Origin: an uncultured Acidobacteriaceae bacterium
GTDB lineage: Bacteria; Acidobacteriota; Terriglobia; Terriglobales; Acidobacteriaceae
NCBI GenBank assembly: GCA_963765825.1
Contig: CAVXXU010000001.1
Coordinates: 26,801 to 90,800 of the forward strand
Direction of reading: 5' to 3'
DNA length: 64,000 nt
The position numbers and the translations under genes are program-made. Of this stretch, positions 52,600 through 61,300 are shown in pieces (the first letter of the stretch is position 1; each line of letters begins with the position of its first letter). The notes below the pieces were generated by a model. That model ran no database searches. It saw only the letters and a list, made by a program, of their open reading frames with translations, and had not been told where the DNA came from.

Positions 52600-53658
52600 C
52601 TAACGCAGTTCTTCCATGACGGCATCCAGGACTTCTTTTCCGGGACGGGTGATTGAATCGGGTAGAGTGGCCAGGGGTTGATCGACTGTGTTCAGCATTT
52701 CAATGAAGTTTGGTGCCTCGGGATTTACATAGAAGACTCCGGTCAGCACTTCGCCCTTATCGTGCGCTTCGGTAAGGCGGGTGATGGCGCGAATCTTGTC
52801 GGTCGGGTCGTAGTCTTCTTCGAGCTTGCGCAGGTGCAGGCGGGAACCGTCGTGCATGGTGACTTCGACGGTTGAGCCAGGATCGTATTCAACGGCGATT
52901 TCTTCGAAGTGTGGAACGAAGCTGACGTCCTGCAGCGTCTCTTCGTGCTCTTTCACGTATTTGTAGGACTTGGTGGAACCCTCGTGGTCGTTGAAGGTGA
53001 CGCAGGGGGAAACGACGTCGAGCATGACGGTGCCTTTGTGGGCGATGGCGGCTTTGAGCATGGCGCTTAGTTGGCGCTTATCCCCGGAGAAGGAGCGTCC
53101 GACGAGCGTCGCGCCGAGCTGAATGGCAAGCGCGCAGGTATCGATCGGGGGAAGGTCGTTCACTACGCCGGTCTTGAGCTTGGAGCCGAGGTCGGCGGTG
53201 GCCGAGAATTGGCCCTTGGTGAGGCCGTAGACTCCGTTATCTTCGATGATGTAGATGATGGGAAGATTACGGCGCATCAAGTGAATGAATTGGCCAATAC
53301 CGATAGAGGCGGTGTCACCGTCGCCGCTGACGCCGATACAGACGAGCTTTCGGTTCGCGAGGATGGCGCCCGTAGCGACTGAGGGCATGCGGCCGTGCAC
53401 CGCATTGAAGCTGTGGGAGCGGCTCATGAAGTAGGCGGGGGTTTTCGAGGAGCAACCAATGCCACTGGGCTTGATGAGCAACTCAGGCTGCACGCCCATC
53501 TCGTACATGGCTTCGATGATGCGTTCAGAGATGGCGTTGTGGCCGCATCCGGCGCAGAGCGTGGTCTTGCCGCCTTTGTAGTCCATGACGGTGAGGCCGA
53601 TGCGGTTTGTTTTTGGTCCGGGTGCGGCGGTTCCGGGTTCGACGGTTGTGGTGCCCAT
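52600..53658 (-). CDS. korB: 2-oxoacid:ferredoxin oxidoreductase, beta (TPP-binding) subunit
   Basis: 352 aa. CAGCGH, TPP motif GVSGDGDTASIG, downstream IIEDNGVYGLTKGQ. Confidence 0.9.
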   Translation of the reverse strand: MGTTTVEPGTAAPGPKTNRIGLTVMDYKGGKTTLCAGCGHNAISERIIEAMYEMGVQPELLIKPSGIGCSSKTPAYFMSRSHSFNAVHGRMPSVATGAILANRKLVCIGVSGDGDTASIGIGQFIHLMRRNLPIIYIIEDNGVYGLTKGQFSATADLGSKLKTGVVNDLPPIDTCALAIQLGATLVGRSFSGDKRQLSAMLKAAIAHKGTVMLDVVSPCVTFNDHEGSTKSYKYVKEHEETLQDVSFVPHFEEIAVEYDPGSTVEVTMHDGSRLHLRKLEEDYDPTDKIRAITRLTEAHDKGEVLTGVFYVNPEAPNFIEMLNTVDQPLATLPDSITRPGKEVLDAVMEELR

Positions 53659-53661
53659 TTC

Positions 53662-53733
53662 GTTAATTCTCCCTCAGCGGCTAAAGCCGCGACTCAATTG
53701 GTACGCTTACGGCGCGGCTTTAGGCCGCGCCCT
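53662..53733. repeat. REP-like family C copy between korA and korB
   Basis: cctcagcggctaaagccgcgactcaattggtacgcttacggcgcggctttaggccgcgccctttcaaaaca. Shares the cctcagcggctaaagcc and cgcttacggcgcg blocks with the 51868 copy. Confidence 0.8.
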
Positions 53734-53810
53734 TTCAAAACAATTCAGGTCGACAGGTCGGATCCCTCGAACTCTTTAAAACAACTCGGGGCCTTAGCGC
53801 TTCGAGCGGA

Positions 53811-55649
53811 TCATTTCCCTTCCATGCTGGTCAATTCGTCGGTAATGGAGCGTGCGTCGAGCGGCAGGCCGGTGATGTGGGCGATGCTGCGGAGGCGCGT
53901 GGTCAGTTCGGGCTTGAGGTCGAGCCGGAGCAGGGTGAGCATCTGGGCGTCGCGGTTTTGCTCGACAACGTAAATGCGTTCGTGCTGCTCGACAAACTCA
54001 TTCACTTCGCGAGTGAAGGGATAGGCGCGAAGGCGCAGGTAATCGGTTTCGATGGAGTATTCGTCGCGAAGCTGGTCGCGGCTCTCGGTGATGCCCCAGT
54101 GCGAGGTCCCGTAGCCGATGATGCCGATTTTGGCGTTGTTACCTTTTGTGATTTCGGGGCGCGGAACGAAGGAGCGGGCGGTTTCAAATTTGCGGTTCAG
54201 GCGCTCCATGTTGTTTTCGAAGTCGTCGGCGCGCTCGCTGTACTGGGCTCGCTCGTTGTGGCCGCTGCCGCGGGCGAAGTAGGCGGCTGCGGGATGAATG
54301 GTTCCGGGGAGGGTGCGATAGCCGATCCCGTCGCCGTCAACGTCTTTGTAGCGCGCGAATCCGCCGAGGCGGTCGAGGTCTTCTTTGCTCAGAACTTTTC
54401 CGCGCTTGATCGGCGTGGTCGGATATTGGAACGGGTCGGACATCCAGTTGTTCATGCCCAGGTCGAGATCGGACATGACGAAGACCAAAGTCTGAAACTG
54501 TTCGGCGAGATTGAAAGCTTCGGGCGCCATGCTGAAACATTCTTCGACGGAGCAGGGCAGCAGCATGATGTGCTTGGTGTCGCCGTGAGAGAGGAAAGCG
54601 GTGGAAAGGATGTCGCCCTGGGAGGTGCGCGTCGGCAGGCCGGTAGAGGGGCCAACACGTTGGATGTCCCAGATGACTCCTGGAACTTCGACGTAATAGG
54701 CGAGGCCGGCGAATTCAGACATGAGGGAGATGCCTGGGCCGGCGGTGGCAGTCATGCTGCGCGCGCCCGCCCATCCGGCGCCGATAACCATGCCGATCGC
54801 GGCGAGTTCGTCTTCGGCCTGGACAATGGCGAAGGTGGCTTTGCCGTCGGGAGTAATGCGGTATTCCTTCATGTACTCGATCAGGGTCTCGACGAGCGAT
54901 GAGGAGGGCGTGATGGGATACCAGGTCACGACGGTGCATCCGGCGAACATGCAGCCGAGAGCGGCGGCGGAATTGCCGTCGATGATGATCTTGCCGGCAG
55001 TTTCGTTCATGCGCTCGATGTAGAAAGCGCCGCGCTTTTGCAGGTTCGCTTTGGCGTAGTCGAATCCTGCCTGCGCCGCAGCCAGATTCAAGTTAGCGGC
55101 CTTCACTTTCTTGGCGAACTGCTTACGGATGGCCTTTTCGACCTCGGCCATGTCGATGGTGAGCAGGCTAGCGACGACGCCCACGTAGACCATGTTCTTG
55201 ACCAGTTTGCGCAGTTTGGCTTCGGGGCAAACCGCGGCGACCAGCTTGTCGTAGGGGACGGCGTAAAAGATCAGATCGCTGCGCAGCTTGTGCAGGGCCA
55301 GTGGCTCGTCGTAGAGCACCGCAGCTCCCGGCGCAAGCGACATGGTGTCTTCCTGAGCGGTTTCGGGATTCATGGCTACCAGGAAGTCGATTTCTTTTTT
55401 GCGGCCGATGTAGCCACGCTTGTTGGCGCGAATCGTGTACCACGTCGGAAGTCCGGCGATGTTCGAGGGGAACATGTTCTTGCCGGAGACGGGCACGCCC
55501 ATTTGAAAAATGCTGCGTAAGAGAACCGTGTTTGAACTCTGCGAGCCGGAACCATTGACCGTCGCGACCTGAATGCTCATGTCGTTGACGATGCGCTTGT
55601 GCCCCACGCCTCCGGAGGATTCGCGAGGCGTAACATCCGTCGTTGCCAT
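53811..55649 (-). CDS. korA: 2-oxoacid:ferredoxin oxidoreductase, alpha subunit
   Basis: Fused gamma/alpha-type layout. VTWYPITPSS motif. ATG 55649 is preceded by AAGGAAGG. Confidence 0.9.
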   Translation of the reverse strand: MATTDVTPRESSGGVGHKRIVNDMSIQVATVNGSGSQSSNTVLLRSIFQMGVPVSGKNMFPSNIAGLPTWYTIRANKRGYIGRKKEIDFLVAMNPETAQEDTMSLAPGAAVLYDEPLALHKLRSDLIFYAVPYDKLVAAVCPEAKLRKLVKNMVYVGVVASLLTIDMAEVEKAIRKQFAKKVKAANLNLAAAQAGFDYAKANLQKRGAFYIERMNETAGKIIIDGNSAAALGCMFAGCTVVTWYPITPSSSLVETLIEYMKEYRITPDGKATFAIVQAEDELAAIGMVIGAGWAGARSMTATAGPGISLMSEFAGLAYYVEVPGVIWDIQRVGPSTGLPTRTSQGDILSTAFLSHGDTKHIMLLPCSVEECFSMAPEAFNLAEQFQTLVFVMSDLDLGMNNWMSDPFQYPTTPIKRGKVLSKEDLDRLGGFARYKDVDGDGIGYRTLPGTIHPAAAYFARGSGHNERAQYSERADDFENNMERLNRKFETARSFVPRPEITKGNNAKIGIIGYGTSHWGITESRDQLRDEYSIETDYLRLRAYPFTREVNEFVEQHERIYVVEQNRDAQMLTLLRLDLKPELTTRLRSIAHITGLPLDARSITDELTSMEGK

Positions 55650-55833
55650 CCCAACACCTTCCTTCAATTAGAGGGCGGAACCCTGTCGCCCATGAATTTG
55701 TGGACCGTAGAAGAGGAAACATTCCATTATAAACGCCCTGCGCGCCGATGGTGGCGGCAAATTGCCCGGTGGAGGCCGGAGGAACCCGAATTGGAAATGC
55801 GGGGCGACGCGATGCGGTTAGGGCGCGGCGGAA

Positions 55834-55879
55834 ACGAAGGAGAAAAACGAAGGAGAAAAACGAAGGAGAAAAACGAAGG
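55834..55879. repeat. 13-bp tandem repeat (acgaaggagaaaa), about 3.5 copies
   Basis: Perfect copies at 55834, 55847 and 55860, plus a partial fourth. Confidence 0.9.
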
Positions 55880-55914
55880 CCGGGTATCCCGGAAGGAAGT
55901 TCCGGATCCCGGCC
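55834..55914 (-). terminator. candidate intrinsic terminator of the M48 peptidase gene (hairpin followed by a T-rich tandem repeat on the minus strand)
   Basis: The minus strand reads GGCCGGGATCCGGAA-cttcc-TTCCGGGATACCCGGCC, then ttcgtttttctccttcgtttttctcc. Confidence 0.5.
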
Positions 55915-55942
55915 CACGTCTTACATCAACTTGGAGTAGAAG

Positions 55943-57715
55943 CTAGTTGCCTGAGCCTGAGTTGGCGGCGGTGGTTGGAGCCGCAGCGGGAGCGGCGTTG
56001 GCACCGAAGCGAGCCAGACGCGGGAAGAAGGGCGTGACCTCGAACGGCATTTTGTCACGCGCCGAGGTGATGGCGACCGGAGCCGTCTTCACCATTTCCG
56101 CTTTGTCGTTCCAGGGATTGATCTTTACGCGGCCTCCCAAAGGAAGAGCCGCAATCTGATCGAGCTTCCCGTTGTCGAGCGCCGGGCCTTGAGCAGACAG
56201 ACCTGACAAACGAGTCACGGTCCCGCCCTCCGCTAAAGGATTGCCCAGGTGTGTGGTCAGGAGCGCGCCCAGTTGTGGGGCACGCAGTTGCAGTTCGCGA
56301 AGGAACAGGCCGACGTTGTCGAGTTTCTGGGCGTAGGGCGAATTCTTGAGGAGTTCGATTGCCTTCTTGTCGGCTGCCTGTTCTTCTTCGGGGATGTGCT
56401 TGAATCCCAGGTTTTGATATGTGGAATCATCGTTGAAGAGCATGCGGTCGTTGAATGCGTATTTGCTGCCCAGGTTGTGGCCGAGAACGATGTGGGCGAG
56501 TTCATGGGCGAGCACGGCGGCGAGACTGGCTTCGTCCGGAAGCACATCGACCAACCCACGGCTGATGACGATGGTGTTGCCTACGCTGAATGTTTCCAGC
56601 GGAGAAGTGAGCAGAACGCGAGTACGTACGGGCCGGGGCAGATCGATATTGTTGGTGACTTCAAGGTTGTTGACCACGGTCTGAAGAATGTGGTCGACAT
56701 CGCCCTCGGGCGCGAGCAATCCGCCGGTGATGAGGCGATCGACAACGTTGTCTTCGGCTTGCTGCTGCCAGACGCGCTCAGCCTGCAGCGGGGAAGCGTC
56801 CTGGGCAGCGGCACTTTCGTCGGTGACGCTGTCCACGCGGATCTGGGTTAGTTCGTCATCCTTGCCACCTTTTTTCAGGTCATAACCCCAGATGCGGGTT
56901 TGAGCCTTGAATGCGTCCTTATTCTTCACGCCAGCGCTGAAGTCGCCTTCTTCGCTGTAAATGTAGGATGGCACCCAGTAGCCGGGAATCAGGTTCAGGC
57001 GCCAGCTGTCCATGTGGAAGAACATAGCGTTGCGCGGCGCAGGAGCGTAAGTGCCGTTGAGGCGCACGATGTTGAATCCCTGATCTTCGACCCAGATGCG
57101 GCCCACGAAGCGTCCTTTGCCGGAATTCTTCTTGGGAGTAACGTCAAAGACCAGGCAGCGGACGTCGCCCAGAAATTCGCGTCGAACATAAGTGAAGCCG
57201 TAATGTTCGCGGTCAAAGTCGGTATGATCGGCGTAGACCATCCAGGAGAAGCCCAAGGGCTGATACTGAACCTTGAAGAGCTTCTGGAAGCCGCCCATCA
57301 AACGGGTTTGCATACTGGCCTCGGAGTCTTTCAGATAATCCTTGCGCTCGACGGTTTCGCCCATATCCATGCGGCCGAGGAAATAATGATCGGTGCTGGG
57401 GACGGGGCCGAGTTGGGGATCGGCAGACAGATTCTGCAGATAGGTCTCGACGATCGGCGTGCGCTTGGCGAGCATCTGGATCAAGGCATGCTCCCTCTGA
57501 ATGAACAGGTCCACGACCTGATCCATGGTGGTGGGAGCGGGCGCAACGGCCGGTTGCTCGGCCGGCGTGGCTGGCGCGGAAGCCTGAGGAACCGGTTGCG
57601 CGGTCGTCGCCGAGGGGGCCGGCTGTGAAGTGGCCGCATGCTGCGCGGCTGCGCTCATGGAACTCAGTAGGGCGGCTACCAGGGCCGCAGCTAGCATCGC
57701 TTTCTCAGTACGCAT
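55943..57715 (-). CDS. secreted M48-family zinc metallopeptidase
   Basis: HExxH in LAHELAHIVLGH. Signal peptide MLAAALVAALLSSMSAAAQ. ATG 57715 preceded by GGAGAG. Confidence 0.8.
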   Translation of the reverse strand: MRTEKAMLAAALVAALLSSMSAAAQHAATSQPAPSATTAQPVPQASAPATPAEQPAVAPAPTTMDQVVDLFIQREHALIQMLAKRTPIVETYLQNLSADPQLGPVPSTDHYFLGRMDMGETVERKDYLKDSEASMQTRLMGGFQKLFKVQYQPLGFSWMVYADHTDFDREHYGFTYVRREFLGDVRCLVFDVTPKKNSGKGRFVGRIWVEDQGFNIVRLNGTYAPAPRNAMFFHMDSWRLNLIPGYWVPSYIYSEEGDFSAGVKNKDAFKAQTRIWGYDLKKGGKDDELTQIRVDSVTDESAAAQDASPLQAERVWQQQAEDNVVDRLITGGLLAPEGDVDHILQTVVNNLEVTNNIDLPRPVRTRVLLTSPLETFSVGNTIVISRGLVDVLPDEASLAAVLAHELAHIVLGHNLGSKYAFNDRMLFNDDSTYQNLGFKHIPEEEQAADKKAIELLKNSPYAQKLDNVGLFLRELQLRAPQLGALLTTHLGNPLAEGGTVTRLSGLSAQGPALDNGKLDQIAALPLGGRVKINPWNDKAEMVKTAPVAITSARDKMPFEVTPFFPRLARFGANAAPAAAPTTAANSGSGN

Positions 57716-57788
57716 AAACGTTCTCTCCAATTTCACTGACTCGACCTTTGTTTTCTGCCAAAACATCAAAGTAATTCGCCAAAACTTT

Positions 57789-58823
57789 TCAGTACGCCAA
57801 CTGGAACGTTACGTGAACGATCGCCGTGGAATCGACGGGCTGTCCGCCCCGCAACGCCGGCTTAAAACGGATCTTGTTGGCGGCGGCGACCGCCGCTTCG
57901 TCCAGTCCGTGGCCCAGGCCGCGCACTACTCGGTTCACATGGAGCGTCCCGTTTGCCGAAAAGCTGACTTCGAGAAGCACTTCGCCTTCGAGCTTCATGC
58001 TGCGGGCTTCGTCGGTGTAAGCCGGATTTGGCTTGAACGTAATTTCCACCGGAGTGCTCGCGCCGGTATCGGGCTGAACAATTTTCGGTCCAGTGCTTTG
58101 CGCCATTTGCTCGGCGGCAAATCCGCCGGTGGCGATAGCGCCCTTGCCACTATTGCGACTGCCAGTGGCCACGGCGGCGCCGAAATCCGCGCTGGCGACC
58201 GTGCCCTTGATTCCTTTTGCCCCGCCTGATCCATTGCCTTGTCCCGGTCCGGCGGGCATGTCGAACGATCCGGTGGAAGCGGTATACAGCTTCGCTCCCT
58301 GCTTGCCGGTGCCGGGCAAACCGTTGGGATCGCCAAAGCCGCCGGTCTGCACCTTGTCCACGGCAGCGTTCACTGTGGGCTTTTGGGAACTGCCGCCGAA
58401 ATCTCCGGTGTGCACGAGTTGCGGGCGCGCTGCGCTTACCGCTATTTTCAATTGCGGCGCGGCGAACTGATTGACCACAACCTTTGGCGCCTCCACCGGC
58501 TGCGGGGCTTGGTGATGAACCGCAGGGGGTAATACGAGCCTGGGCTGGTCAAGAACGGGAAGCTTTACTGCGGGAATCAGCTTGGCCTTGATCGCAGGCT
58601 TCGGCTGTACTGGAGGCGGTTCCGGCCGCAACGACGGCCTTGGGATCAACTCGGTGACGCGATACTGCGCAACTTGCATCTGTTCTGGCAGGATTAGGCC
58701 GATGTTGATGACGATGAGCAGCAGGAGCGTGACCAGCGCGTAGCTGGTCATCATTGCCCGTTTGTTGACCTTGCGTTCGGGCAACAGCCCCAATTGAAAT
58801 CCGCCGTAAGACGTAGCCATCAA
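57789..58823 (-). CDS. TonB-family energy transducer
   Basis: 344 aa. N-terminal TM helix, Pro-rich spacer (RPEPPPVQPKP), TonB C-terminal domain (LEGEVLLEVSFSANGTLHVNRVVRGLGHGLDEAA). Confidence 0.75.
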   Translation of the reverse strand: MMATSYGGFQLGLLPERKVNKRAMMTSYALVTLLLLIVINIGLILPEQMQVAQYRVTELIPRPSLRPEPPPVQPKPAIKAKLIPAVKLPVLDQPRLVLPPAVHHQAPQPVEAPKVVVNQFAAPQLKIAVSAARPQLVHTGDFGGSSQKPTVNAAVDKVQTGGFGDPNGLPGTGKQGAKLYTASTGSFDMPAGPGQGNGSGGAKGIKGTVASADFGAAVATGSRNSGKGAIATGGFAAEQMAQSTGPKIVQPDTGASTPVEITFKPNPAYTDEARSMKLEGEVLLEVSFSANGTLHVNRVVRGLGHGLDEAAVAAANKIRFKPALRGGQPVDSTAIVHVTFQLAY

Positions 58824-59064
58824 AATTGCTCCGTTGGAACCCGGCCGGGGAGAAGGCTGGGACTTGGAGTCTTAAAAATACGGGAGAAGGTACAGGGGGT
58901 AAACGTGTCAACGGCTCTTGACCTTAGGTAACGTTCCGAGGTTCTTTTTGAAACCGGGCCCGAAATGAGACGGGAATGGCCCATCACCGATTCGCGCGAA
59001 TCTGGTTAAGAAACCGGGGAGAAATTCACAGAATCCAGTTCTCTTGCGGGAGTTTTTGGGGCGG

Positions 59065-60474
59065 CTAGCGAGAGCGGAAACCTTCGCCAGTATTTCGACG
59101 GCGGGAGAAATAAAAAAAGAGTGGGATTCCTGCGAGGATGACGAGCACTCCGTAGCCGGAGTTTGGCCAGTCGTTCTTGAAAGTGTAGGCGAGAAGAGCG
59201 GCGGCAACTGCAACGAAAATAATCGGAACAAAAGGATAGCCCCACATGCGATAGGGACGATTCGCCTGCGGTTCGCGACGGCGGAAGACAAAAATCGAGC
59301 TGCCGGCGATCATGTAGAAGAGCCATTCGGCAAAAATCGCAAGGGAGAAAAGCTGCCGGAAATTTGCGCCGACGAGGAGAAGCAGGATCGACAGCAGGGC
59401 TTGTACCGCGATGGCAACCGACGGAGTGTGAAAGCGGGGATGCACTTTGGCGAGCGCGGAGAAGAAGTAGCCGTCGCGAGCGACCGCAAAGGGCACACGG
59501 GCTCCGCTCATGATGGTGCCATTCAACGTCACCAGCATGGATAGCGCCATGCCCGCTGAAACAATGCTGGCGCCCATGCGTCCCATGACGAGCGCAACGG
59601 CATCGGAGGCGGGCCGGGGCGAAGCCGCAATGGCGCTGGCGGGGAGAACATATTGAACGCCAGCGTTGACCAGGATGTACAGCACGCCCACGGTAGCCAC
59701 GCCAGCAATCAGGGCGATTGGAATATTTCGCTCGGGATGCTTGACCTCGCCGGCCACCATGTTGAGATCGTTCCATCCATCGTAGGCCCAGAGTGCCGCA
59801 ACCAGTGCGGCCATGAAGCCTGCGATGCCGCCCTTTGCGCCCGCGAACGTGCCGGCGAAGTTGCTCCAGCCGCGACCTGGGGCGTCGCCAATTCCGCTGA
59901 AGCACACCACGACGATTCCGAGGATGATTGCTACTTTCAGCAGCGTGAAGACGAACTGGAACTCACCCGCCTTTTTAACTCCGAGATAGTTGAGGACGGA
60001 GATGAGGATGGCGGCGGCGATGGCAAAGATCTGTCCCCAGTTCACGGAAAATGGTGAGGAGATGATGTTGGCGGAGAAAAAAGAGAAGACGGGAAAAGTG
60101 CCAAGAATGCGGACCAGACCGGTGACGACGGTGGCCACCGATGCGGGCTTGGCGATGACGAACCAGGTCCAGGCGTAAAGAAATCCGGACATGGGTCCGT
60201 AAGCATCGCGGACGTAGACGTATTCGCCGCCGGCCTGTGGCTTCATGGCCCCGAGTTCGGCATAAGTGAGCGCGCCGAAAAAGGAGAGGAGTCCGCCGAC
60301 CACCCAGGCCAGATAGACAAGCTTGGCCGAGCCGACGGCTTGCATCATCTCGGCGGGGACAAGAAAAATTCCGCTGCCAATGATCGTGCCGACCACGACG
60401 GCAGAGGCGTGACTGACCCCTAAGTCGCGGGAAAGCTGTGGGCGAGAATCGGGTCGCGGCTCGGGCTCAGGCAT
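59065..60474 (-). CDS. APC-superfamily amino acid permease
   Basis: About 12 TM helices. N-terminal GTIIGSGIFLVPAEM motif. ATG 60474 preferred over 60537. Confidence 0.85.
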   Translation of the reverse strand: MPEPEPRPDSRPQLSRDLGVSHASAVVVGTIIGSGIFLVPAEMMQAVGSAKLVYLAWVVGGLLSFFGALTYAELGAMKPQAGGEYVYVRDAYGPMSGFLYAWTWFVIAKPASVATVVTGLVRILGTFPVFSFFSANIISSPFSVNWGQIFAIAAAILISVLNYLGVKKAGEFQFVFTLLKVAIILGIVVVCFSGIGDAPGRGWSNFAGTFAGAKGGIAGFMAALVAALWAYDGWNDLNMVAGEVKHPERNIPIALIAGVATVGVLYILVNAGVQYVLPASAIAASPRPASDAVALVMGRMGASIVSAGMALSMLVTLNGTIMSGARVPFAVARDGYFFSALAKVHPRFHTPSVAIAVQALLSILLLLVGANFRQLFSLAIFAEWLFYMIAGSSIFVFRRREPQANRPYRMWGYPFVPIIFVAVAAALLAYTFKNDWPNSGYGVLVILAGIPLFFYFSRRRNTGEGFRSR

Positions 60475-60508
60475 GGTGAGAGTGTGCCAGTATACGCGAG
60501 GAAAGCTC

Positions 60509-60535
60509 TTGACCGCAGAGTTCGCGGAGAAGGTC
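60509..60535 (+). repeat. repeat family S copy
   Basis: ttgaccgcagagttcgcggagaaggtc, preceded by gaaagctc. Confidence 0.7.
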
Positions 60536-60624
60536 AAAAACGAGACAGGGGAAAAGTCAAGAAAAGCAGAGAGTCAACAAAAGAGTTATAGCAGTTCAGA
60601 AGATGGTCATCAGATTTGCTCGGC

Positions 60625-60666
60625 GTTCTCTGCGGGGTTTTCTCTGCGAACTCTGCGGTTAGAAGC
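60625..60666 (-). repeat. repeat family S copy forming the left inverted repeat of the GxxExxY cassette
   Basis: The minus strand reads gcttcTAAccgcagagttcgcagagaaaaccccgcagagaacgcc. The TAA is the stop codon of the GxxExxY reading frame. Confidence 0.75.
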
Positions 60667-61095
60667 TTTCTTTCGCGGTAATAATTTTGTAGGTGCCGTC
60701 GCAATCGTCGGCCGGTTCGCGATAGTTGTTGACCATGCGTTTAATTCCGTCTTTGAGTTGGACGACGTGGAAATTGATCAAGAGGCCAATCTGGAGATCG
60801 AGCAATCGCAGATGTGATAACAACTGAGCTTGGTCTACGGGGTGAAGTGCCTCTTTGATTTGATCTCGACCACGACGCTTCGCTCAACGACTAAATCCGC
60901 GCGAAAGCCGCACTCCAATCTCACTGTCCCATAGATGAGCGGTACTGCTTTCTGTCGCTGCACGTAGAATCCTGACTGCTCAAGCTCATGCGCCAAGCAG
61001 GCTTCGTACGCCGACTCTAAGAGTCCGGGACCAAGCTTACGATGAACTCTTATCGCGGCCCCGATGATCTGACCAGTGAGGTCTGTGTGGATCAC
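60659..61095 (-). pseudogene. GxxExxY-family (PD-(D/E)XK-like) protein gene interrupted by a 1-nt frameshift
   Basis: ORF 60835..61188 encodes ...LTGQIIGAAIRVHRKLGPGLLESAYEACLAHELEQSG...ADLVVERSVVVEIKSK, then stops. The family C-terminus (EALHPVDQAQLLSHLRLLDLQIGLLINFHVVQLKDGIKRMVNNY...) continues in another frame down to stop 60659-60661. Likely start GTG 61095, with GAGG 8 nt upstream. Confidence 0.65.
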
Positions 61096-61202
61096 GTCTT
61101 GCGCCTCAGCTATGACTTTACTCCGCGAGGCAAGTTGGTTGGAGAGATAACGTTCAAAAAAGCCGAACCGATTCCTGAAATGAACCACAATGGAGAGTGA
61201 AA

Positions 61203-61256
61203 AGGCTTCTAACCGCTGAGTTCGCGGAGAACGGCCGCTGAGGACGCGGAGAAAGG
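61203..61256 (+). repeat. repeat family S copy forming the right inverted repeat of the GxxExxY cassette
   Basis: aggcttctaaccgctgagttcgcggagaacggccgctgaggacgcggagaaagg. About 27 of 29 positions match the reverse complement of 60636-60666. Confidence 0.75.
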
Positions 61257-61300
61257 CAAAACAAGAACAGGAAGGTCGAGAACAGAATCAGAGGACTGAG

